Source of the DNA: Salinivirgaceae bacterium
GTDB taxonomy: Bacteria; Bacteroidota; Bacteroidia; Bacteroidales; SZUA-534
Direction of reading: 5' to 3'
Length of the DNA: 64,000 bases
Assembly (NCBI GenBank): GCA_017474765.1
Contig: JAFVGW010000034.1
Coordinates: forward strand, 217,694-281,693
The notes below the pieces were generated by a model that saw nothing but the letters and a program-made list of their open reading frames with translations, was not told the DNA's origin and did not search any database. Positions 26,094 through 33,579 of the stretch are shown piece by piece. The stretch's first letter is position 1. Every line of letters starts with the position of its first letter. Position numbers and translations under genes: made by a program.

Positions 26094-27584
26094 ATGAGTA
26101 AAGTTATGCTTAAAAAAATTAGAACAACCGTTGCAGTTATCGTGTTTGCACTGATAACGCTTTTGTTCCTCGATTTCACGGGGACAATTCACGCCTATTT
26201 CGGCTGGCTGGCGAAAATCCAGTTTCTGCCCGCATTTCTGGCAATGAATATCGGCATCGTCATCGGGCTGATTCTTCTGACATTCATCTTCGGAAGACTG
26301 TACTGCTCCGTGATTTGCCCATTAGGAATCATGCAGGATATTTTCGGACGATTCGGACGCATCGGTAAAAAGAAAAAATACCGCTACACGTTCTCGAAAA
26401 ACCACGCCATTCTGCGAGTTATTTTACTGATAGTGTTCAGCATAACGCTTGCCATTCCAGGCATAAGCGCCATTGCCCACCTGATTGCCCCGTACAGCGC
26501 TTTCGGGCGGATTGCGGCAAACCTGCTTGCTCCCGTCTATGCGTTGGGCAACAACTGCCTGGCATATTTTGCCGAACGCGCCGACAGTTATATGTTCTAC
26601 CATGTTGACGTCTGGATGAAGAGCGCGTTCTCCTTCATTGTTGCCGCACTAACGCTGATTGTGCTGGCCGTTCTGGCCTGGCGCAACGGCCGCACCTGGT
26701 GCAACAACATCTGCCCCATTGGGACAATTCTGGGCTACATTTCGAAATATTCAATTTTCAAACCGCACATCGATACTGAGAAGTGCAAGAATTGCGGACT
26801 TTGCACACGCAGTTGCAAGGCAGCCTGCATCGATTCTGAAAACCACACTATCGACTACAGCCGCTGCGTTGACTGCTTCAACTGCATCGACACCTGCAAG
26901 CACGGAGCCATCAGTTACTGCCGCCGCACTATCAGCCAGAGTGCCAGCAATGGTGAGCCCGACAAATCGAAACGCGCGTTTCTGACCACATCGGCACTGT
27001 TTCTGGCAGGCGCAACCGTGAAGGCACAAGAGAAGAAGGTTGACGGCGGACTGGCCATGATTCAGGACAAGCAGATTCCGAACCGCCGAATACCGCCCAA
27101 ACCCGCGGGAGCGCAGAGCCTGAAGCACTTCACAAACAGTTGCACGGCCTGCCAACTATGCGTATCGGTTTGCCCGAACAACGTTTTGCGGCCATCGAGC
27201 GACATATCATCGCTGATGCAGCCCGAGATGCAGTTCACCGACGGCTACTGCCGCCCCGAGTGCACACGCTGCTCGGAGGTCTGCCCCACAGGCGCGATTA
27301 TGAAGATTACGCCAGCCGAGAAATCATCAACACAAATCGGCCATGCAGTTTGGATAATGCACAACTGCATTGTGGAGACCGACGGCGTTCAGTGCGGCAA
27401 CTGCGCGCGGCACTGCCCTGTGGGCGCCATCAGCCTGGTAAGCAGCCAATCAAATCCCAACCTCAAAATTCCAGCCGTAAATGCCGAACGCTGCATCGGC
27501 TGCGGCGAGTGTGAGTACATCTGCCCCGCCCGTCCGTTCAGCGCCATCTATGTTGAGGGAAATGAAGTTCAACGCGAAATCTGA
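26094..27584 (+). CDS. membrane polyferredoxin: NapH-like 4-TM module with two CX3CP motifs and two Fe-S motifs, fused through a fifth hydrophobic segment to a NapG-like four-cluster domain
   Basis: 496 aa with hydrophobic helices at about aa 12-28, 45-66, 105-131 and 177-196. It carries CSVICP and CNNICP, then CKNCGLCTRSC and CVDCFNCIDTC. SKRAFLTTSALFLAGATV lies at aa 292-309. Four further motifs follow: CTACQLCVSVCP, CRPECTRCSEVCP, C-x8-CGNCARHCP and CIGCGECEYICP. Confidence 0.8.
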   Translation: MSKVMLKKIRTTVAVIVFALITLLFLDFTGTIHAYFGWLAKIQFLPAFLAMNIGIVIGLILLTFIFGRLYCSVICPLGIMQDIFGRFGRIGKKKKYRYTFSKNHAILRVILLIVFSITLAIPGISAIAHLIAPYSAFGRIAANLLAPVYALGNNCLAYFAERADSYMFYHVDVWMKSAFSFIVAALTLIVLAVLAWRNGRTWCNNICPIGTILGYISKYSIFKPHIDTEKCKNCGLCTRSCKAACIDSENHTIDYSRCVDCFNCIDTCKHGAISYCRRTISQSASNGEPDKSKRAFLTTSALFLAGATVKAQEKKVDGGLAMIQDKQIPNRRIPPKPAGAQSLKHFTNSCTACQLCVSVCPNNVLRPSSDISSLMQPEMQFTDGYCRPECTRCSEVCPTGAIMKITPAEKSSTQIGHAVWIMHNCIVETDGVQCGNCARHCPVGAISLVSSQSNPNLKIPAVNAERCIGCGECEYICPARPFSAIYVEGNEVQREI

Positions 27585-27589
27585 CAACA

Positions 27590-29419
27590 ATGAATACAAA
27601 TAAAGAAATGAACCGCCGTCAGTTCCTTAAGATATTAGGAACTGGAACTGTGGCCTCGGCCGCCATCATGACAGGCTGCTCGAAAGACGGCGGCAAGAAA
27701 TCGGCAAACGCCAGCCATGACGAAATGGCAACTGGCCAGATGACCTACCGCACAGGCAAGCATGGCGAAAAAGTGTCAATTTTGGGCTACGGCTGCATGC
27801 GATTCCCCACAAAAAGCGGCGCGAGCGGCCGCGAAGACCGCAACGGCGAACTCGACCAGGAGCAGATTGACCGCCTGATTGGCTACGCAATCGAGCACGG
27901 CGTCAACCTTTTCGACACATCGCCAGCCTACTGCCGTGGACAGTCGGAAGGCGCTCTGGGCAAGGCTTTGAGCCGATTCCCGCGCGATAAGTTCATGGTT
28001 TCCACCAAGATGTCGAACTTCGGCAACTGGTCGCGCGAGGCTTCTATCGAGATGTATCACAACTCGATGCGTGAGTTGCAGGTCGATTATATTGATTTCT
28101 ACCTTCTGCACGCCATTGGCGGCGATTGGAAAGGTTTCGAAGACCGCTTCATCAGCAACGGAATACTCGATTTTCTGCTCGAGGAGCGGGCCGCTGGCCG
28201 AATCAAGAATCTCGGATTCTCGTTCCACGGCGACGTGAAGGTGTTCGACCGTGTTTTGGCAATGGACGACACCTGCCATTGGGATTTTGCTCTTATTCAG
28301 CATAGTTACGTCGATTGGCACCACGCCCAACTAATGAATCCGCGCAACGTCAATTCGGAATATCTCTACGGCGAACTTGCCAAACGCGACATTCAGGCGT
28401 TTGTGATGGAGCCGCTGCTCGGCGGCCGTCTGGCCAAACTCAGCACCCACGCCGAGGAGTTGCTCAAAGCCCGCGACCCCGAGTCCAGCATTGCTTCGTG
28501 GGCGTTCCGTTTCTCGGGGTCGCAGCCAAAAATCCTGACGGTTCTGAGCGGAATGACATATATGGAGCACTTGCAAGACAACGTGAAGACATACTCGCCG
28601 CTTAAACCGCTCAACGACAGCGAGTTTGAACTTTTGGAGCAGATTGCCGACATAATCGCAAACTTCCCCGCCGTGCCTTGCAACACCTGCCAGTACTGCA
28701 TGCCGTGCCCCTACGGACTCGACATTCCTGGCATCTTCTCGCACTACAACAAGTGCCTGAACGAGGGTAATGTGGTTGAGGATTTGAAGAATCCCGAATA
28801 CAAGAAAGCCCGCAAGGCGTTCCTCGTGGGCTACGACCGCAGCGTGCCGCGCCTGCGACAGGCCAGCCACTGCATAGAGTGTCGCCACTGCATACCCGAG
28901 TGTCCGCAGCGCATCAACATTCCGCGCGAAATGCGCCGAATCGACAATTTTGTTGAATCGCTCAAGCGCAACGGTGCCGATTTGGGCCGCGCTGTGACGA
29001 TGGCCGCGCTCATCAAGCAACTCGACAGCGGCCGCTACTCGTGCGTCATCAGCAATGGCGGCGAGACTCGCACCTATAATCAAAAGGGCGTTCAGGATTT
29101 GCACGACATTGTGCGCGACGCCGACCCGTTTGCCAAAGGCGCACAAATTGCCGACAAGGTGATAGGCAAAGGCGCGGCATCGCTCATTGTGCTGGCTGGA
29201 TTCACCGATGTGTTCGCCCACACCATCTGCACCACTGGCAAAGAAATGCTGCTGGCCAACGGTATTCACGTGTCGTTCGACGAAGAGGTTGACTACATCA
29301 TCAATAATGCGGGAACCGACTGGTGCCCTGTGGAAAAACTAGTGAAAGACTGCAAAACAGCCGATGAATGCTGGCCGAAGATTGTCCAGTTTGTGAAGGA
29401 AATGCGCCACGAAATTTGA
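27590..29419 (+). CDS. Tat-signal lipoprotein aldo-keto reductase with C-terminal Fe-S motifs (COG1453-type) and a DUF1893-like domain
   Basis: 609 aa. MNRRQFLKILGTGTVASAAIMTGC gives a twin-arginine motif plus lipobox. AKR catalytic positions are LFDTSPAY, VSTK and LLHAI. Cluster motifs are CNTCQYCMPCP and CIECRHCIPECP. The aa 471-609 tail (RYSCVISNGGE...ADKVIGKGAASLIVLAG...GTDWCPVEK) resembles DUF1893/TM1506, from memory. Confidence 0.8.
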   Translation: MNTNKEMNRRQFLKILGTGTVASAAIMTGCSKDGGKKSANASHDEMATGQMTYRTGKHGEKVSILGYGCMRFPTKSGASGREDRNGELDQEQIDRLIGYAIEHGVNLFDTSPAYCRGQSEGALGKALSRFPRDKFMVSTKMSNFGNWSREASIEMYHNSMRELQVDYIDFYLLHAIGGDWKGFEDRFISNGILDFLLEERAAGRIKNLGFSFHGDVKVFDRVLAMDDTCHWDFALIQHSYVDWHHAQLMNPRNVNSEYLYGELAKRDIQAFVMEPLLGGRLAKLSTHAEELLKARDPESSIASWAFRFSGSQPKILTVLSGMTYMEHLQDNVKTYSPLKPLNDSEFELLEQIADIIANFPAVPCNTCQYCMPCPYGLDIPGIFSHYNKCLNEGNVVEDLKNPEYKKARKAFLVGYDRSVPRLRQASHCIECRHCIPECPQRINIPREMRRIDNFVESLKRNGADLGRAVTMAALIKQLDSGRYSCVISNGGETRTYNQKGVQDLHDIVRDADPFAKGAQIADKVIGKGAASLIVLAGFTDVFAHTICTTGKEMLLANGIHVSFDEEVDYIINNAGTDWCPVEKLVKDCKTADECWPKIVQFVKEMRHEI

Positions 29420-29532
29420 CGCAGCAGCATCAATAATGGCAGATTTTTTCCGATTATTGCAAAACAAAATGACGGGAAAATCTGCCGCCAAGATGCGCAA
29501 ACTGATGTGAAACAAAAGATAAATAACTGGTT

Positions 29533-29730
29533 ATGACTCGATTACTTTTTTTAGGCTCAATCGGATTACAGGAGATTCTGATTATCGCCCTCATTGTGCT
29601 GCTGCTGTTTGGCGGCAAAAAAATTCCCGAACTGATGAAGGGTTTGGGCAAGGGCGTGAAAAGTTTCAAAGACGGCATGAACAGCACCGACGCGCCATCC
29701 GATAAAGCCGAAAAGGATGACACAAAATAA
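29533..29730 (+). CDS. tatA: twin-arginine translocase subunit TatA/E
   Basis: 65 aa with LQEILIIALIVLLLFGGKKIPELMKGLGKGVKSFK. Confidence 0.85.
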   Translation: MTRLLFLGSIGLQEILIIALIVLLLFGGKKIPELMKGLGKGVKSFKDGMNSTDAPSDKAEKDDTK

Positions 29731-30490
29731 GGAACTGACATTCTGGGAGCACCTCGACGAACTTCGCGGCAGCATTGTCCGCATTCTGGCCGCCGTGCTG
29801 GTGTTCGCCATTGCGGCGTTCTGCTTCAAAGAGCAGGTTTTTGCCGCGGTGCTGGCTCCCAAAAGTGATGGTTTCGCCACCTACCGCTTGTTCGAATCGC
29901 TCGGCGCCACGGTTGGCCCGTTCAAAGTGAGCCTCATCAACACCGAGTTGGCGCAACAGTTCCTCGTTCACATCAAAATATCGTTTTTCGTGGGCCTGCT
30001 TGCAGTGTCGCCTTACATTCTCTACGCCCTGTTCCGCTTTGTGTCGCCCGCGCTCTACACCAGCGAGCGGCGGATTGCCGTGAAAGCCGTTGGCAGCGGC
30101 TACCTAATGTTCATTATTGGCACGCTGCTGGCCTATTTCCTGATTTTTCCGCTCACCTTCCGCTTTTTAGGCACCTATCAGGTGAGTGCCGACGTGGCGA
30201 ACTACATCTCGCTCACTTCTTATATCGATACCCTTCTGACGCTCTGCCTTCTGATGGGGCTGATGTTTGAACTGCCCGTTCTCTGCTGGGTTCTGGCCCG
30301 TATGGGGATTTTGAGTCATAAGTTTCTGACTACCTACCGCCGCCACGCCGTTGTAGCCATCTGCATTGCATCGGCCATCATCACACCCACCGCCGACGCC
30401 TTCACGCTGTTTGTGGTGGTCGTGCCCATCTATCTGCTCTACGAGTTGAGCATCGGCATTGTGAAGATGACGGAAAACAAGCATCTATAA
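29717..30490 (+). CDS. tatC: twin-arginine translocase subunit TatC
   Basis: 257 aa. LTFWEHLDELRGSIVRIL is followed by six hydrophobic helices. It overlaps tatA by 14 nt. Confidence 0.9.
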   Translation: MTQNKELTFWEHLDELRGSIVRILAAVLVFAIAAFCFKEQVFAAVLAPKSDGFATYRLFESLGATVGPFKVSLINTELAQQFLVHIKISFFVGLLAVSPYILYALFRFVSPALYTSERRIAVKAVGSGYLMFIIGTLLAYFLIFPLTFRFLGTYQVSADVANYISLTSYIDTLLTLCLLMGLMFELPVLCWVLARMGILSHKFLTTYRRHAVVAICIASAIITPTADAFTLFVVVVPIYLLYELSIGIVKMTENKHL

Positions 30491-30893
30491 TCAGGGAAAA
30501 ACACTCTCCGTTTTGTGGAGGCTGCAAGGAAAAGATTTTGATGAGGAATCTTTTCAAATCGGCGCCTAACCTTAGCCATTTCTTGCAATTTCAAGCATCC
30601 TAAAGCGCATAGCCGTGGGAATAGCCATATTTGATGAATTTAGCCTACATATTTATGCATCAACCGATTGCATAAAGGTGAAAATCACATTTAATTGATT
30701 AATAGTACTTTATACATTTATCGCAACCGATTGCAAAACAAATTGCTACGAGCCCGTCTCGGGCAAATATCTGAAATTAGAAGTGAATTACCCAAAAATG
30801 AAAGCCCGAGTCAACACTCACCGGTAATTTTACCAGAAGCGATAAAGCATCAATTCTTACTAAACACACACATAATAATTTAAAAATTAAACA

Positions 30894-33452
30894 ATGAACA
30901 CTAAACTAACGATTGCAACATTGTTTTTGTGCGGCTCGGCAATGGTGTCGAACGCGCAACTGGAACAAGTGTCACCAACAACGATTCCGCTTGTCTATCC
31001 TACGGAGAACACTGGAATCCTATTTGGGAAACCCGCATTTCTTACAGCCGACCAGATGGAAAGCTGTGCAACACTACCCGACCCCTTTGCCTGGTCTGAT
31101 GGTTCCGGCCGCTCAGAAGAGTTTGCCGATTGGGCAAAACGCCGCAGTGAAATCAAGAGCGAGGTTGAATATTATGAAATAGGTGTCAAGCCTGATGTGG
31201 ACCGCGACCAAGTCGACGCCTACTATGTTGATACCTCAGTGGTTGAACGTACAGCTCACTATGATTGGTCCTCAGTTACCGATTGGAATAACATTGATTG
31301 GAGTAAAGTAAAGGTTACTTATACAATGGACACTGTAAAAAGGAAATTGTTGATTGTAAAAGTTACAGTTGAAGACTCAACGGCGACATTAACATCTGAA
31401 TTGACAATTCCTGAAGGCGATGGTCCATTCCCCGTATTTATCAGCCTGGGCGGCTCGGGTTTTGCCAGCGATTTCCCAGGTTGCATCCAATTGAGTTTCA
31501 ATACTAACCAAGTGGCCACATACGGAAGCACAAGCGCCCGATACGACGGCGACATTTCCAAACAGAAAGATCAATTTAACTCACTTTATCCAGAGTTGTA
31601 TGACAACGGCAACTACAGCAAATGGGCTTGGGGTGTGAGCCGTTTGATTGATGGTCTGGAAATTGCCAAAGAGAAAGGACAGCTTAACGTCGATATTGCG
31701 CACATAGCACTAAGCGGATGCTCGTATGCCGGCAAAATGGCCATGTTCTGCGGCGCATTCGACGAGCGCGTTGCCCTCACCATAGCCCAAGAACCTGGTG
31801 GCGGTGGTGCCAGCGCATGGCGTACAATAGATTATGTGAATAAGAATAAAATAATGAAAAAATACAAAGATGGTGTTGAAGGCCTCGGCAATACCAACTA
31901 CTCTTGGTTTATGGCCAGCCTTCAAAAATTCAACGGTAAGGCCGACCTTCTTCCACACGACCATCACGAGATTCTGGCAATGTGTGCCCCACGTGCACTG
32001 TTAGTGCTTGGCAACACTGATATGGAGTGGCTCTGCGACTACTCAACTTACATCACTTGCCGCGCCGCCGAAAAAGTGTACGAGACATTCGGCATTGAGG
32101 ACCGCTTTGGATTTGTTATTGACGGCGGACACGACCACTGCTCGGCAACAACTGCTGAAAGAAACGCCGTTAAAGCTTTTGCCGCCAAATTCATCTTTGG
32201 CGATACCACAGCAAACACTCTCATCCGCACTGCCATCAACGGCAGCCAATACGACATTGATGACGTCGACTACGAAAGTTGGTATGAAGAATGGAAGCCA
32301 GCCGACCCGAACCGTCCGAATATCAGCATTGTAGAACCAGCTTCCAGCACAACCTACAGAGCTGAAGATGCTCCTGAATCTGTCAAATTTAAAGCGCAGG
32401 TTGAAGACAAAAACAATGATGTTGCCAAAGTTGAATTCTTTGTTAACGGCACAGTGGCAAAAACAGTGACCGCGGCTCCGTATGAATTTGAACTGAAACT
32501 TACCGAACCTGGAGACTACAACGTTTACGCTATTGCAACCGATGCCACGAATTTATACAAGAGGTCTGGGACAATTTCAATTGTTGTAAAAACACCAGAA
32601 GTAGGCGTTAAACGCACTGCTACCGCACCAAAAATCGACGGCATACTCGACGATGTTTGGGCAAAATCTGACAAATTCCATGCTAAAAACGTGGTTCAAG
32701 GCTCAATCGACAATGAGGAAGATTTAAGCGGCCACGTCCAACTGCTGTGGGATGATACTTACGTATACGCATTCGCAACCGTTTTCGACAATGAGCTAAA
32801 AAACGACAGTGGCTCCGATGTTTACAAAGATGACAACATTGAACTGTATTTCGACTGCAATAACTCAAAGGGCGGCTCTTACGACTCCGACGATGTTCAA
32901 TTCTCGTTCAACTATGGCAGCACAAGCATATATACCAAATCAGGTTCGGGCGACAACCAATATTCCACTGAAGGAATCGAATTTGTGATAGACGAAAACC
33001 GTGACGGTTACAATGTTGAAGTTGCAATTCCGTGGGCAACAATCAAGTGCAAGCAACCTAAAGAAGGATTGAAGATTGGTTTCGAATTCATGATTGATGA
33101 CGACGATGATGGCGGCGACCGTGATGGTAAACTTGCCTGGAACTCAACCGAAGACAACGCTTGGCAAAGTGCGTTCTATTTCGGCACAGTCACACTGCTT
33201 GGTGAAGGCACGGCCATTAATGAAATTGAAGAGTTGGAATTATCGTTCTACCCGAATCCGGCCAGCGATTTCTTATATGTAAACGGTATCGATGGGGAAT
33301 TCGATTATGAGATTTTCGACATTGCAGGAATGATTCAAACCGCAGGAACAGCCAGCAAGCGCATCAGCGTGGCCATTCTGCCCAAAGGCATTTACCTTGT
33401 TCGAATCAAAGACGGCATTTTGACTCGGAACTTGAGGTTCGTCAAGAAATAA
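30894..33452 (+). CDS. secreted CE15 glucuronoyl esterase - Ig-like - CBM9-like - T9SS type A C-terminal sorting domain protein
   Basis: 852 aa with a signal peptide. CE15 blocks recalled from Cip2 are present: YSKWAWGVSRLIDGLE, SGCSYAGKMAMFCGAFDERVALTIAQEPGGGGASAWR, LPHDHHEILAMCAPRAL and GGHDHCS. The CBM9-like part is APKIDGILDDVWAK...LYFD. The CTD is LSFYPNPASDFLYV...LPKGIYLVRI. Confidence 0.75.
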   Translation: MNTKLTIATLFLCGSAMVSNAQLEQVSPTTIPLVYPTENTGILFGKPAFLTADQMESCATLPDPFAWSDGSGRSEEFADWAKRRSEIKSEVEYYEIGVKPDVDRDQVDAYYVDTSVVERTAHYDWSSVTDWNNIDWSKVKVTYTMDTVKRKLLIVKVTVEDSTATLTSELTIPEGDGPFPVFISLGGSGFASDFPGCIQLSFNTNQVATYGSTSARYDGDISKQKDQFNSLYPELYDNGNYSKWAWGVSRLIDGLEIAKEKGQLNVDIAHIALSGCSYAGKMAMFCGAFDERVALTIAQEPGGGGASAWRTIDYVNKNKIMKKYKDGVEGLGNTNYSWFMASLQKFNGKADLLPHDHHEILAMCAPRALLVLGNTDMEWLCDYSTYITCRAAEKVYETFGIEDRFGFVIDGGHDHCSATTAERNAVKAFAAKFIFGDTTANTLIRTAINGSQYDIDDVDYESWYEEWKPADPNRPNISIVEPASSTTYRAEDAPESVKFKAQVEDKNNDVAKVEFFVNGTVAKTVTAAPYEFELKLTEPGDYNVYAIATDATNLYKRSGTISIVVKTPEVGVKRTATAPKIDGILDDVWAKSDKFHAKNVVQGSIDNEEDLSGHVQLLWDDTYVYAFATVFDNELKNDSGSDVYKDDNIELYFDCNNSKGGSYDSDDVQFSFNYGSTSIYTKSGSGDNQYSTEGIEFVIDENRDGYNVEVAIPWATIKCKQPKEGLKIGFEFMIDDDDDGGDRDGKLAWNSTEDNAWQSAFYFGTVTLLGEGTAINEIEELELSFYPNPASDFLYVNGIDGEFDYEIFDIAGMIQTAGTASKRISVAILPKGIYLVRIKDGILTRNLRFVKK

Positions 33453-33472
33453 CGTCATAAAAGTTAATTGTG

Positions 33473-33509
33473 AGAAAGCCGCTCCGACAACGGAAGCGGC
33501 TTTCTTTTT
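33473..33509 (+). terminator. rho-independent terminator after the CE15 gene
   Basis: AGAAAGCCGCT-CCGACAACGGA-AGCGGCTTTCT followed by TTTT. Confidence 0.75.
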
Positions 33510-33522
33510 GCACACAACACAC

Positions 33523-33553
33523 AAAAAAAAACGGAACCTCGCGGCTCCGTTTC
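33523..33553 (-). terminator. terminator after trpB2
   Basis: The minus strand reads AACGGA-GCCGCGAGGT-TCCGTT followed by a T run (T9). Confidence 0.55.
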
Positions 33554-33579
33554 TTTGACAATCAACGTTTTATAATCGA

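Noticed and set aside
25961-26179. 72-aa minus-strand ORF in the parE/polyferredoxin divergent region
   Set aside because: It overlaps the start of the polyferredoxin gene and the promoter region. It has odd composition and no motif.
28331-29269. 312-aa minus-strand ORF
   Set aside because: It is antisense to the aldo-keto reductase gene, whose motifs (Tat signal, AKR tetrad, Fe-S motifs) are unambiguous. The shadow ORF has no recognisable features.
30695-30883. 62-aa plus-strand ORF upstream of the CE15 gene
   Set aside because: It starts at a non-ATG codon, is AT-rich, and overlaps the repeated 12-mer region. It is more likely regulatory DNA.
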